A DNA stretch of 64,000 nt from Chlamydiota bacterium. GTDB lineage: Bacteria > Auribacterota > Tritonobacteria > UBA1439. Location of the stretch: NCBI GenBank assembly GCA_037133055.1, contig JBAXOY010000001.1:35660-99659 (forward strand). Direction: 5' to 3'. A program made the position numbers and the translations under genes. Of the stretch, positions 1-9,612 are shown piece by piece. How positions within the stretch are numbered: position 1 is the first letter of the stretch; each line of letters begins with the position of its first letter. Below the pieces are notes generated by a model that made no database searches, was not told the origin of the DNA, and worked only from the letters and a program-made list of their open reading frames with translations.

Positions 1-258
1 CTCCTTCACCATGTCGCCCTCGTGGACAAGGATCTCCTCGATCCTCCCGCCGATCGGCGGCTTGATCTGGAGGCGGTTCTGCGGCTCAACCGTGCCGGTC
101 GTCGAGATCACCTCCCGTATGTCGCCGATCTCCAGGTGTATCTCTTCGACAACAGCCGCGCCGCCGCTCGAACGGCACCCCCTCACCGTCCATACGACGA
201 GGAGAAGGGCGGCAAGAATCCCCGCGCCCATCGCGATTCTCTTCTTAATCATCGTCAT
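1..258 (-). CDS. Efflux periplasmic adaptor (MacA/HlyD-type membrane fusion protein), 5' part; runs off the window edge
   Basis: Manual translation MTMIKKRIAMGAGILAALLLVVWTVRGC...GDIREVISTTGTVEPQNRLQIKPPIGGRIEEILVHEGDMVKE: N-terminal TM plus start of the lipoyl-like domain; lies directly downstream of a TolC gene. Confidence 0.85.
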   Translation of the reverse strand, partial: MTMIKKRIAMGAGILAALLLVVWTVRGCRSSGGAAVVEEIHLEIGDIREVISTTGTVEPQNRLQIKPPIGGRIEEILVHEGDMVKE

Positions 259-284
259 CCCGTGTATCCCCCGTGTATACCTCG

Positions 285-1562
285 TCACCGAACCTCGTCC
301 TCGAGCGTGCCCCCCCGCGCCTGGACCCACGCTGCCTCCGCGAGCCCTTCCGCCCAGCAGGCGTCGAGGAACGTGTTCTTGGCCCTCACCAGCGAGTCCT
401 CGATGATCGTCCAGTTGTCGAAGCTGAGGAGGCCGATCGAGTACTGCGCCCGGGAGATCTTCGCCCGCTCCTCGGCCGCGGCAAGAACCTTCCGCTGCAC
501 GTCGACCTGTTCGATCGCGTTGCGGAGCTTCGTCCACGTATCCGTGAGCGTCAGCACCACCCCGTTGCGGCCGCTCTGCTCGTCGGCCTCGGTCTGAAGG
601 AGGATATCCTTCGACCTCGCAACCTCGGCGACGCGCAGCCCCCCCTCGTAGAGGGGCCAGTTCATGCTGATGCCGATGTCCTTCTCGTCGCCGCGTGCGG
701 GCCAGCCCGGCCCGGCCTTGTTCACCCCGATCGACCCATAGACCTGGGGGAAATAATCCGAGTACGACGACTTCACTCCCCATCGCGCCGCCTCTTTCTG
801 CGCGGCGAGCTGGTGAAGGAATGGATTAGTCTCGCAGAGCCCCTCGAAATCGGGCCTCTCCGGCCCCGGGGCGTCAAGGGCGAAGTCGCCGCCGGTCTTC
901 AGGGGCGCGGAGTGCGGTCTCCCCATCTCCTTGGTGAGGCGCCTGCGCCCGAGCTCGATAGCCCGGAGCGCCGCGGCGACGTCGTACTCCGCCTGCGCAA
1001 GATCGGCCTGGGAGAGCATCAGGGATCCCTTGTGCTCCCTTCCGGCCTCGTAGCGGAGCGTCACGAGATCCGTGTTCTGCTTCCTCCGGTCGGTGATCTC
1101 CCGCGTGATCGTCACGAGGTCCTGCGCCCTCAGCAGGTCCACGTACGCGTTCCGGAGCCTGAGTCGCACGTCCGAGGAGGTCACAAAGTAGGCCCAGCGC
1201 GACGCGGAAATCCCCTCCCCCGCCTTCCCCATCTCGAACGGGGTCTTGAATCCATCGAAGAGGAGTTGCCGGGCGTCGAGCCCGAATACATGCGCTTCCC
1301 CGACGATGCCATCCGTGCCCTTGGCCTTCGTGTCGCCGGCGGAGGCATTCACCTGGGGAAAGAGGGGGCTCGCCGCGATCCTGCGATCGGCCTTCGACTG
1401 ACCCAGTTTCGCGAGCGCCGCGGCAAGGTCGGGGTTCTGCCGCCACGCCTCCCGCACGCACTCCCGCCAGGCGATCGCCTCGCCGGTCTCTTCCGCCCCC
1501 GCGGGGGCGGGAAGAGCCGCCAGGGAGGCCCCAAGGCAGAGCAGCAGCGCGTGTGCCTTCAT
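285..1562 (-). CDS. TolC-family outer membrane efflux protein
   Basis: Signal peptide; two OEP repeats (NPDLAAA...LFPQV...QLLFDGF; YFPQV...WPLYEGG); C-terminal AQYSIGLLSF. Confidence 0.9.
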   Translation of the reverse strand: MKAHALLLCLGASLAALPAPAGAEETGEAIAWRECVREAWRQNPDLAAALAKLGQSKADRRIAASPLFPQVNASAGDTKAKGTDGIVGEAHVFGLDARQLLFDGFKTPFEMGKAGEGISASRWAYFVTSSDVRLRLRNAYVDLLRAQDLVTITREITDRRKQNTDLVTLRYEAGREHKGSLMLSQADLAQAEYDVAAALRAIELGRRRLTKEMGRPHSAPLKTGGDFALDAPGPERPDFEGLCETNPFLHQLAAQKEAARWGVKSSYSDYFPQVYGSIGVNKAGPGWPARGDEKDIGISMNWPLYEGGLRVAEVARSKDILLQTEADEQSGRNGVVLTLTDTWTKLRNAIEQVDVQRKVLAAAEERAKISRAQYSIGLLSFDNWTIIEDSLVRAKNTFLDACWAEGLAEAAWVQARGGTLEDEVR

Positions 1563-1566
1563 TCCG

Positions 1567-1812
1567 TCACCTGTTTTCCCGGGACGCCTTCCGCTTGAAT
1601 TTCGAGATAAGGCGCGAGGCCTGCGTGAGCATCCGTGTGAAGTCCTGCGCCCGCATGAGCCCGAGCATGTTCCTGTCGGGCCTGACGAAGACGATGAGCC
1701 GGTCGCCGGGCCGGATGCCCAGGGACTCCCTGACCTCCGCGGGTATCACGATCTGCCCCCGCGCCCCCACGGTCGCCGACCCGTGCACCTCGCCCCTTAA
1801 AAGCCCGTTCAT
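1567..1812 (-). CDS. AbrB/MazE/SpoVT-family DNA-binding protein
   Basis: GSATVGARGQIVIPAEVRESLGIRPGDRL motif; start set at ATG 1812; first gene of the efflux operon. Confidence 0.9.
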   Translation of the reverse strand: MNGLLRGEVHGSATVGARGQIVIPAEVRESLGIRPGDRLIVFVRPDRNMLGLMRAQDFTRMLTQASRLISKFKRKASRENR

Positions 1813-1835
1813 ATCACGCCCCCGCTCCCCCCGCG

Positions 1836-1891
1836 ATGCAAAGTATGCGATGTATGAAAAGTATGATACGCCGGATGCGCCCCTCCCGCAA
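1836..1891 (-). promoter_or_regulatory. Sigma70-like promoter (TTGCGG-17-TATCAT) with overlapping 9-bp direct repeats (candidate AbrB operator)
   Basis: -35 at 1886-1891 and -10 at 1863-1868 on the minus strand; repeats atgcaaagt/atgcgatgt/atgaaaagt/atga at 1836-1866. Confidence 0.55.
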
Positions 1892-2004
1892 TGCGTTTTT
1901 ACCCCGGATGCCCGCATCACCTCCCTTCCACCTTTGACTCTTTCCATCCCGTGAAAGTTCCCCCGGCTCTGCCCATTGATAAACTTTTCTTCCGGGATTG
2001 TTCT

Positions 2005-2089
2005 TTCTCCGTGCATTCCCGTGTTCTCCGTGTCCTCCGTGATAAACCATATATCCCCGGGGCTCTGGACAATATATCCCCGGGGCTCT
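2005..2089. repeat. (T/C)CCGTG-core 9-mer tandem array plus an 18-bp direct repeat
   Basis: tctccgtgcattcccgtgttctccgtgtcctccgtg at about 2005-2041; atatatccccggggctct at 2049-2066 and 2072-2089. Confidence 0.75.
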
Positions 2090-2127
2090 TGCCGCTCCGG
2101 GCGGGAGTCGCTATACTACGGCCCGTC

Positions 2128-3498
2128 ATGCACGACCTTGCAGATTTCTTCTCATGGCTCGCCGCGCACGTGCGGCTCGGGCCGGCGCTCTCCGCGCTGA
2201 GCAACATCGTGTGGGGGCCGCCGATGCTCGCGCTCCTCTTCGGCACGCACCTCTTCCTCACCTTCAGGCTTCGATTCATCCAGCGCTACACCTGGAAGGC
2301 GATCAGGATCTCCCTTTCGCGCACGCCCGAGGGCGAGGGCGACATCAGCCAGTTCGGCGCGCTCATGACCGCCCTCGCCGCGACGATCGGCACGGGAAAC
2401 ATCGTCGGCGTCGCGACCGCGATCGCCTCGGGGGGGCCCGGGGCGGTCCTCTGGATGTGGCTCACGGGCGTCTTCGGGATCGCCACCAAGTACGCCGAGG
2501 CGGTGCTCTCCGTGAAGTACCGCATCACCACCAGGGACGGGTTCATGGCGGGGGGACCGATGTACGTCCTCGAGCGCGGGCTCCGCTGCCGGTGGCTCGG
2601 GATGATCTTCGCGGCCCTCACCGCGGTCGCCGCGTTCGGCATCGGCAACATGGTCCAGGCGAACTCGATCTCCACGATGGTGAAGGAGAACTTCAACATC
2701 TCCCCCTGGATCACCGGGATCATCATGACAATGTGCACCGCCATCGTCATGATCCACGGCATCAAATCGATCGCGAGGGTGTGCGAGTTCCTGGTGCCGT
2801 TCATGGCCGTCTTCTACATACTCGGCTGCAGCGTCCTCCTCGCCATGAACCTGCGCGACATCCCCGGGACGATCGCCCTCATACTCAGGAGCGCCTTCAC
2901 GGGGCAGGCAGCGCTCGGGGGGTTCATCGGGGCGGGGATGAGGGACGCGGTCCGCTACGGGATCGCCCGGGGGCTCTTCTCGAACGAGTCGGGGATGGGG
3001 AGCGCCCCGATCGTCGCCGCCGCGGCGCAGACCCGGAACCCGGTCCGGCAGGCGCTCGTCTCCTCGACCGGGACCTTCTGGGACACCGTGGTGGTCTGCG
3101 CCCTTACGGGCCTCGTCCTTGTGAACTCCGGGGAGTGGACGAGGGGGCTCCAGGGCGCGGCGCTCACGACCGCCGCCTTCGCCGGCATCCCCCGCGTCGG
3201 TCCCCTCGTGCTGACGGTGGGGCTCCTCACCTTCGTCGCCTCGACGATCTTCGGCTGGTGCTACTACGGGGAGAAGGCGATCGAGTACCTCCTCGGCCCC
3301 CGCGCGACGGAACCGTACCGCAGGCTCTGGGTCGCGGCGGTGATGGTCGGGTCGGTGATGTCGCTCCCGTCGGTCTGGGCGTTCGCCGATATCGCGAACG
3401 CGCTCATGGCCGTCCCGAACCTGATCTCGCTCATCCTGCTGAGCGGCGTCGTCGTCGCGGAAACGCGCACGCACCTCTGGGACGCCCCCGACGCGTAA
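2128..3498 (+). CDS. Sodium:alanine/glycine symporter (AGCS family, AlsT-like)
   Basis: ALAATIGTGNIVGVATAI...GGPGAVLWMW, GGPMY and RGLFSNESGMGSAP motifs; TTGCCG-17-TATACT promoter at 2089-2117. Confidence 0.95.
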   Translation: MHDLADFFSWLAAHVRLGPALSALSNIVWGPPMLALLFGTHLFLTFRLRFIQRYTWKAIRISLSRTPEGEGDISQFGALMTALAATIGTGNIVGVATAIASGGPGAVLWMWLTGVFGIATKYAEAVLSVKYRITTRDGFMAGGPMYVLERGLRCRWLGMIFAALTAVAAFGIGNMVQANSISTMVKENFNISPWITGIIMTMCTAIVMIHGIKSIARVCEFLVPFMAVFYILGCSVLLAMNLRDIPGTIALILRSAFTGQAALGGFIGAGMRDAVRYGIARGLFSNESGMGSAPIVAAAAQTRNPVRQALVSSTGTFWDTVVVCALTGLVLVNSGEWTRGLQGAALTTAAFAGIPRVGPLVLTVGLLTFVASTIFGWCYYGEKAIEYLLGPRATEPYRRLWVAAVMVGSVMSLPSVWAFADIANALMAVPNLISLILLSGVVVAETRTHLWDAPDA

Positions 3499-3514
3499 CA
3501 GGGCTTGCTCCCGC

Positions 3515-3559
3515 CACACCCTTCACACCCTTCTCACCTTTCTCCCCCTTCTCACTATT
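3515..3559. repeat. 9-mer tandem array between convergent genes
   Basis: cacaccctt cacaccctt ctcaccttt ctccccctt ctcactatt. Confidence 0.7.
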
Positions 3560-4502
3560 CTTTTTCCTCCCTGAAGTACGGCCGCCCCAGCGCCTCCGGC
3601 GCCCCCACCGCGCGCCGCGACGCCTTCCCCTGCGCGAGCGCGAGGAAGGCGATCGTGCCGAGGTAGGGGATCATCTGGAGGAACTGCACCGGGATGACCG
3701 TGCCGCGCGCCTGGAGCCGGGTGTCGAGCGAGTAGAGCGCCCCGAAGAGGAGCGCGCCGAGCGTCGCCTTGCCGGGGTGCCAGTTGCCGAATATCACGAG
3801 CGCGAGCGCCACCCATCCCCTCCCCGCGGTCATCTGCTCCCTCCACCCCGGGGAAAGCGAGAGGGAGAGGTAGGCGCCACCGAGCCCGGCCAGTATCCCC
3901 CCGAGCGCCACGCAGAGGTAGCGGACGGCGGCGACGCTGACCCCCATCACGTCCGCCGTCGAGGGGCTCTCCCCGACCGCCCGGATGCAGAGCCCGAGCC
4001 TCGTCCTGAAGAGCATGAACCAGACCGCAAAGGCGAGGGCGTAGGTCAGATAGGCGAGGATGTTCTGGCGGAAGAGCGCCTCGCCGAAAAACGGGATCTG
4101 CGCGAGAAGGGGGATAGGGAGCGCGGCGAAGCTCAGCGGCGCGGGCTGCATGATCAGATTGAGGCGCTCGCCGATGAACGAGGAGATGCCGAGGCCGAGG
4201 ATGGAGAGGGCGAGCCCGCTCACGATCTGGTTCGCCCTGAAGGTCACCGAGAGGAGCGCGTGTGCAAGGCTGAAGACCCCCCCCACCAGCATCGCCGCCG
4301 CCACGCCCGCGAGGAGGCTCGAACCGGCGGTGCATGCCGCGAAGCCGCAGACCGCCCCCATAAGCATCATCCCCTCGGCGCCGAGGTTCAGGACCCCCGC
4401 CCGCTCGCAGATGATCTCGCCGAGCGCGACGAGGAGGAGCGGCGCCCCCTGGTCCACCGCCGCCGCCAGGACCACCTGGATGAATCCCGGCCAGTTATCC
4501 AT
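3555..4502 (-). CDS. Nucleoside/sugar (CUT2, YufQ/NupC-like) ABC transporter permease
   Basis: ERAGVLNLGAEGMML, RAVGESP..ADVMGV and MTAGRGWVALALVIFG.W motifs. Confidence 0.92.
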   Translation of the reverse strand: MDNWPGFIQVVLAAAVDQGAPLLLVALGEIICERAGVLNLGAEGMMLMGAVCGFAACTAGSSLLAGVAAAMLVGGVFSLAHALLSVTFRANQIVSGLALSILGLGISSFIGERLNLIMQPAPLSFAALPIPLLAQIPFFGEALFRQNILAYLTYALAFAVWFMLFRTRLGLCIRAVGESPSTADVMGVSVAAVRYLCVALGGILAGLGGAYLSLSLSPGWREQMTAGRGWVALALVIFGNWHPGKATLGALLFGALYSLDTRLQARGTVIPVQFLQMIPYLGTIAFLALAQGKASRRAVGAPEALGRPYFREEKE

Positions 4503-5586
4503 GGATGTGCCCCTCCGCGGCGCGGGCCGTCCCCGCGCGCCGCGCAACGATCCGGTAATTCAGGAACAGGTCCCCTGCGAGGAGGAAGAACAGGATCGAG
4601 CCGGTGAGGATGTTGATCACCGATGCCGGGACGCCCAGTTCGATCTGGATCATCTCGCCCCCCGTGAGGAGCCCCCCGAAAAGAAACGCGACGATCGCGA
4701 CGCCGAGGGGCCTCGCCTTCGCGAGCCATGCCACGACGATCGCGGTGTAGCCGTACTGGGCGAACACCTCGCGCGGGATCCTGCACTCGACCCCCGCGAC
4801 CTGGCAGAACCCTGAGATCCCGGAGAGCCCCCCCGCGAGGGTCATCACCAGGAATATGTTCTTTCGTATCGCCATCCCCGCGTACCGGGCGCATTCCGGG
4901 CTGTCGCCGATCACCTTTACCTCGAACCCCCAGACGGTCTTCGCCAGAAGCAGCTGCAGGACCACCGCGGCGCCCGCGGCCAGGAATGCGCCGGCGTGGA
5001 CCCTCCCCCACCCCACCCGCATGAGACAGGCAGGCGGGGGGAAGGGGCTCGTGAACGGGAAGCCGTCCGCGCCGCGGAGCGGCCCGTAAACAAAGAACTG
5101 GATCAGGTAGATCGCCACCCAGTTCATGAGGAGCGTCGTGATGATCTCACTCACGTTGAGGCGCGCGCGGAGCGCGCCGGGAATGCCCCCCCAGAGGGCT
5201 CCGGCGGCGAACGAGGCGAGGAGCATGAGGGCGAAGTAGGAGACGCGGCCGAGGCCCGGGATCACGAGGGCGACAAGGGATGCAGCGAGCGCCCCGACCA
5301 CATACTGCCCCTCGGCCCCGATGTTCCAGAGGCGCATGCGGAGCGCGAGGGAGACGCTCAGTCCGCAGAAGAGGAGCGGGATCGCCTTGACCACCGTTTC
5401 CGAGAGCCCGTAGCTCGTCCCGAACGCCCCCCTGCAGAGGGCCGCGTAGGCGCCGCACGGGTTCACGCCGACGGCCGCGATCACTGCGCCGCCGAGGAAC
5501 AGCGCGAGCGAGAGAGAGCCCAGCGTGACCGCGGCACGCAGCGCCCGCGAGGCGTGGAGCCGCTTCTCGATCGCGAGCGCGATCAT
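4495..5586 (-). CDS. Nucleoside/sugar (YufP/NupB-like) ABC transporter permease
   Basis: LWNIGAEGQ, NVSEIITTLLMNW and GYTAIVVAWLA motifs; ATGA overlap with the ATPase stop. Confidence 0.92.
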   Translation of the reverse strand: MIALAIEKRLHASRALRAAVTLGSLSLALFLGGAVIAAVGVNPCGAYAALCRGAFGTSYGLSETVVKAIPLLFCGLSVSLALRMRLWNIGAEGQYVVGALAASLVALVIPGLGRVSYFALMLLASFAAGALWGGIPGALRARLNVSEIITTLLMNWVAIYLIQFFVYGPLRGADGFPFTSPFPPPACLMRVGWGRVHAGAFLAAGAAVVLQLLLAKTVWGFEVKVIGDSPECARYAGMAIRKNIFLVMTLAGGLSGISGFCQVAGVECRIPREVFAQYGYTAIVVAWLAKARPLGVAIVAFLFGGLLTGGEMIQIELGVPASVINILTGSILFFLLAGDLFLNYRIVARRAGTARAAEGHIHG

Positions 5587-7187
5587 GATGCCTGCCCCCC
5601 CCGATCCCACGGGACCGGCTGCCCCGTCATAAGGAGGCCGAGCATCTCGAGCGTCGCCTCGCCGCGCATCATGACCCTGCTCAATTTCCCGCGGTGCATC
5701 ACCGCGAGCCTGTCGCTCAGGGCGCACACCTCGTCGAGATCCTCCGAGACGAGCAGCACCGCCGCCCCGTATTTCCGCATCGCGAGAAGGGCGCGGCGGA
5801 TGCCCTCGGCGGCGCCGACGTCGAGACCCCTTGTCGGGTGGACCGCGAGGAGCGCGCGGGGGCTTGACGAAAGCTCGCGGGCAAGGATGATCTTCTGGAG
5901 GTTTCCCCCCGAGAGGAGTCTCACGGGGGCGCGAAGATCGGGAACAGCGATCCCGTAGCGCCTGATCAGCTCGCCCGCCCACTCCCCGGCCTCCCGCTCA
6001 TCGAGGAGGATTCCCGAGGCGATCGGCGGTGAGTGGTAGCTCTTGAGGATCAGGTTGTCGACGGCGTCGAGCCCGGACGCCGTGCCCACCCTGCTCCGGT
6101 CGCCGGGTATGCAGGCAAGGCCGCGGGCGATGATCTCCGAGGGCGACGCCCCCGCCATGTTTTTTCCGAGCAGCGCGTACCTCCCTCCCGAGGGCTTCCG
6201 CAGGCCCGTGAGCACCTCTTCGAGCTCCTTCTGCCCGTTTCCGGAGACGCCCGCGATTCCGAAGATCTCTCCCCCGCGGAGATCGAGGTCGACGCCGCGG
6301 AGCGCGGGGGCGCCGCGCGGGCCGGGCGCCATGAGACCCGTGAGCTCTATGACCGGCAGCCCCTCCGCCCTCACGGGCGCGGCGGCGGAAGCGGGCGCGC
6401 CCGCATGCCCGCGGAATGAAATGGGCAGCCCCCGAGATGCGCGCGCGGGCGTGAGCTCTCTCCCCACCATCAGGCGGGCGAGTTCGCGCTCGTGTGTCGC
6501 GGCGCGGTCAAGGACCGCGACGACCGTCCCTTTCCGGAGGACGGTGATGCGGTCCGATATCTCCATCACCTCGTCGAGCTTGTGCGAGATGAAGATGACC
6601 GCCCGGCCCTTCTGTGCAAACCCGCGCATCGTCTCGAAGAGCGCGCGGGTCTCGCCGGGCGCGAGCACCGCCGTCGGCTCGTCCAGTATGAGCACGCGCA
6701 CCTGTCGGAGGAGCATCTTCACGATCTCGACGCGCTGCTGCTCGCCCACCGAGAGCTGCCAGACGGGGGCGCGCAGGTCCACCGCCAGGCCGTAGCGCCG
6801 CGCCACCCTCTCGACACGGTTTTCGATATCCCGCGCGCGGTAAAGGAACGGGAGCCCGGGCATCCCGAGCGCCGCGTTTTCGGCGACGGTGTGGCGGGGG
6901 ATGAGCGTGCTGTGCTGATGCACCATCCCGACGCCGAGGGCGATGGCGTCGCGCGGGGAGCCGATCGCCGCGGGGCGTCCGTCGAGCCGGATCTCCCCCG
7001 CGTCGGGACGGTAGAGGCCGGCGAGGATGTTCATCAGGGTGGATTTGCCCGCCCCGTTCTCCCCGAGGAGGGCGTGGATCTCTCCGCGGCGGACATCGAA
7101 ATCGACGCCGTCGTTGGCGACGACGACGGGGAAGCTCTTGCGGATGCCGCACATCCGCACCGCCGGCTCGTGTATCGTTTCGCTCAT
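5583..7187 (-). CDS. Nucleoside/sugar ABC transporter ATP-binding protein (double NBD, YufO/NupA-like)
   Basis: GENGAGKST, LSVGEQQRVEI, LILDEPT, LSGGNLQK and PTRGLDVGA motifs; alternative start at 7232. Confidence 0.95.
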   Translation of the reverse strand: MSETIHEPAVRMCGIRKSFPVVVANDGVDFDVRRGEIHALLGENGAGKSTLMNILAGLYRPDAGEIRLDGRPAAIGSPRDAIALGVGMVHQHSTLIPRHTVAENAALGMPGLPFLYRARDIENRVERVARRYGLAVDLRAPVWQLSVGEQQRVEIVKMLLRQVRVLILDEPTAVLAPGETRALFETMRGFAQKGRAVIFISHKLDEVMEISDRITVLRKGTVVAVLDRAATHERELARLMVGRELTPARASRGLPISFRGHAGAPASAAAPVRAEGLPVIELTGLMAPGPRGAPALRGVDLDLRGGEIFGIAGVSGNGQKELEEVLTGLRKPSGGRYALLGKNMAGASPSEIIARGLACIPGDRSRVGTASGLDAVDNLILKSYHSPPIASGILLDEREAGEWAGELIRRYGIAVPDLRAPVRLLSGGNLQKIILARELSSSPRALLAVHPTRGLDVGAAEGIRRALLAMRKYGAAVLLVSEDLDEVCALSDRLAVMHRGKLSRVMMRGEATLEMLGLLMTGQPVPWDRGGQAS

Positions 7188-7251
7188 GGAATTGGCGAGA
7201 GCGTCACCCGGCTCATTCCGTTGCGGTTGCACTCCTTGAGAGTATCATCCT

Positions 7252-7275
7252 TTTGAGATCTGGGATTTGGGATTT
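7252..7275. repeat. TTTGGGA heptamer array A
   Basis: tttgaga tctggga tttggga ttt, abutting the BMP gene stop. Confidence 0.8.
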
Positions 7276-8356
7276 ATTTCGGTATCCGCCCCTCGACCCC
7301 CTCCACGAAATAGCTCATGGTGTAGAGTTCGCGGTCCGTGGGGGCCTTCCCGTCGGGGATCGCCGTCTTCCCCTCCTGATCCCTGACCGGTCCCCGGAAG
7401 ACCACGAGCTTCTTCTCCGCGATCTCCTTCTTCTTCTCCGTGACGAGCTTCTTCACCTCCTCCGGAACCATCGGGCCGAGAGGGGCGATGTCCACGATCC
7501 CCGTCTCGATCCCCCACCAGATCGGCTCGTTGCTCCACTTCCCCTCATGGAGATCGGTCGCGATCTTCGTGTAGAGAGGGACCCAGTTCCAGACGGCGGA
7601 GGTCAGGTGGGCCGTCGGGGCGAACCGGCTCATGTCGGTGTTGTACCCGATGCTCCAGACCCCGTGCTCCTGGGCGGCCTGCTGGGGGCCCGATGAGTCC
7701 TGGTGCTGGGCGATCACGTCGGCCCCGACCTCGATAAGGCTCTCCGCTGCCTCCTTCTCCTTTGCCGGGTCGAACCAGGTATAGGTCCAGACCACCCTGA
7801 CCTTCGCCCTCGGGTTGACCGATCGGACCCCGAGGGTGAACGCGTTGATGCCGCGGATCACCTCGGGGATCGGGTGCGCGGCGACATAGCCGATGTCGTT
7901 CTTCTTCGTCATCTTCCCCGCGACGATCCCGGTGAGGTAGCGGGCCTGGTACATCCTCCCGAAATAGTTTGACATGTTGGCGGAGCGCTTCGATCCGGAA
8001 CAGTGCATGAAGACGGTCTTCGGGTAGTTCTTCGCCGCCTCCTCGCACGGGTCCATGTAGCCGTAGCTCGTCGCGAAGATCAAATTGAATCCCATCTCCG
8101 CGAACTGGGTCATCACGCGCGTCGCGTCCGCCCCCTCCTTCACGTTCTCGACGAACCGGGTCTTCTTCACGAACGGGAGCTTCTCGATCGACTTCCTCCC
8201 CTCGTCGTGGGCCCAGTTCCACCCGGCGTCCCCGACCGGGGCGACGTAGACGAACCCGGCCCGTATCTCCTTCACCGGCTCGAACGCCCCCAGGGGCGTC
8301 CCGGCGCTCCACTGCCATGCGAAGAACGCGACCATGCCGGCGGCCGTCCTTTTCAT
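7274..8356 (-). CDS. BMP-family (PnrA/TmpC-like) purine/nucleoside ABC substrate-binding protein
   Basis: [42 protein letters not shown] and [11 protein letters not shown] motifs; GGAGGA RBS; signal-like N-terminus. Confidence 0.93.
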   Translation of the reverse strand: MKRTAAGMVAFFAWQWSAGTPLGAFEPVKEIRAGFVYVAPVGDAGWNWAHDEGRKSIEKLPFVKKTRFVENVKEGADATRVMTQFAEMGFNLIFATSYGYMDPCEEAAKNYPKTVFMHCSGSKRSANMSNYFGRMYQARYLTGIVAGKMTKKNDIGYVAAHPIPEVIRGINAFTLGVRSVNPRAKVRVVWTYTWFDPAKEKEAAESLIEVGADVIAQHQDSSGPQQAAQEHGVWSIGYNTDMSRFAPTAHLTSAVWNWVPLYTKIATDLHEGKWSNEPIWWGIETGIVDIAPLGPMVPEEVKKLVTEKKKEIAEKKLVVFRGPVRDQEGKTAIPDGKAPTDRELYTMSYFVEGVEGRIPK

Positions 8357-8514
8357 CTGTTCCTCCCGAATATTTCGACTCCACGTGCCATCGACGGGAG
8401 AGTATAGCATCCGTTCCCTCGCCGCCTCCACCGCGATCTGCCGCAATTCGGGATCTGGCGCGATTTGCTGTGCGGGTCCACGATCCTAGCTCCGTCTCCA
8501 CGGGGGCCTTCCGC

Positions 8515-8555
8515 TTCGGGGATTTTTTGGATTTGGGATTTGGGGTTTGGGATTT
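8515..8555. repeat. TTTGGGA heptamer array B
   Basis: ttttgga tttggga tttgggg tttggga ttt. Confidence 0.8.
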
Positions 8556-8574
8556 CCCATCCAGCACTCTCCCC

Positions 8575-8604
8575 TTGACCCCCTCCGCGGCGCTGTACTA
8601 TGAT
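8575..8604 (+). promoter_or_regulatory. Putative sigma70 promoter of the BMC shell genes
   Basis: TTGACC-18-TATGAT upstream of the GGAGGA RBS and ATG 8656. Confidence 0.5.
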
Positions 8605-8655
8605 GTGCCCCTGTTTCACATGCGCGCGGCGCACACATCAGCGGAGGATCACACA

Positions 8656-8946
8656 ATGGCCGAAGCACTGGGAATGATCGAGACGCGCGGGTTTGCCGCC
8701 ATGGTGGAGGCGTCGGACGCCATGGTGAAGGCGGCCAAGGTCGAGCTCGTGAGCTACGAGAAGATCGGCGGAGGGTACGTCACGGCGATCGTCCGCGGCG
8801 ATGTCGCGGCGGTGCGCGCGGCGGTGGAGGCCGGGGCGCGGGGCGCGGAGAAGGTGGGAGAGCTCGTCTCCGTCCACGTGATACCGAGGCCGCACGTCAA
8901 CGTGGACACGGTTTTGCCGCTCGGCCGTCCGCATCCGAAGGACTGA
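8656..8946 (+). CDS. Bacterial microcompartment hexameric shell protein (BMC-H, EutM/PduA/CcmK family)
   Basis: ALGMIETRG...[11 protein letters not shown]...[14 protein letters not shown]...HVIPRPH; GGAGGA RBS. Confidence 0.97.
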   Translation: MAEALGMIETRGFAAMVEASDAMVKAAKVELVSYEKIGGGYVTAIVRGDVAAVRAAVEAGARGAEKVGELVSVHVIPRPHVNVDTVLPLGRPHPKD

Positions 8947-8985
8947 TCCCGGCCATCCCCTTCTTTTTTCCGTGAATCCTTGCCT

Positions 8986-9016
8986 TTTGGGATTTGGGAT
9001 CTGGGATTTGGGATTT
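8986..9016. repeat. TTTGGGA heptamer array C (four G3 tracts, G-quadruplex motif)
   Basis: tttggga tttggga tctggga tttggga ttt, between BMC-H and the first BMC-P gene. Confidence 0.85.
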
Positions 9017-9031
9017 ACCCCGGAGGGGTTC

Positions 9032-9343
9032 ATGCAGCTCGGCAGAGTGGTGGGTTCGGTCGTCTCGACCCGGAAGAGCGAGAACATCCAGGGGCTGAAG
9101 CTCCTCCTGGTCCAGCAGCTCTCCCACGGCGGGAGCGCTCTCAAGAACTACGTCATGGCGGTCGACGTGGTGCAGGCGGGGACCGGCGACGTGGTGCTCT
9201 ACTCCGAGGGGAGCTCATGCCGGCAGACCGCCCAGACCGACAAGCGGCCCGTGGACGGGGTCGTCATGGCGATCGTCGACACGTGGGAAGTCGGAGGCAA
9301 AGAGGTCTATTCAAAGTCGCGCGAGGACGGCGCATCGAAATGA
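9032..9343 (+). CDS. BMC pentameric vertex protein 1 (EutN/CcmL family)
   Basis: MQLGRVVGSVVSTRK...LKLLLVQ...AVDVVQAGTGDVVL..EGSSCR...PVDGVVMAIVD; GGAGG RBS. Confidence 0.95.
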   Translation: MQLGRVVGSVVSTRKSENIQGLKLLLVQQLSHGGSALKNYVMAVDVVQAGTGDVVLYSEGSSCRQTAQTDKRPVDGVVMAIVDTWEVGGKEVYSKSREDGASK

Positions 9344-9612
9344 AAATCGGGAAAGTAATCGGCACGGTGGTGGCGACCCGGAAGGTGGAGTCGCTGAACG
9401 GCGTCAAGCTCCTCCTCGTCCAGCCGCTCGACGAAGACGGAAAGCCCGCGGGCGAGCCCGTCGTCGCCTGCGACAGCCAGCAGTCCGGCCCCGGGGAGAC
9501 CGTCTTCTTCATCGGCGGCCGCGAGGCGTCGCTGCCCCTGCCGGAGCCTTTCAATCCCGCCGACGCGGCCATCACCGGGATCATCGACGCCGTGACAAAG
9601 GACGCCCCATGA
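9340..9612 (+). CDS. BMC pentameric vertex protein 2 (EutN/CcmL family)
   Basis: MKIGKVIGTVVATRK...ACDSQQSGPGETV...GGREA...PADAAITGIID; ATGA coupling. Confidence 0.95.
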   Translation: MKIGKVIGTVVATRKVESLNGVKLLLVQPLDEDGKPAGEPVVACDSQQSGPGETVFFIGGREASLPLPEPFNPADAAITGIIDAVTKDAP

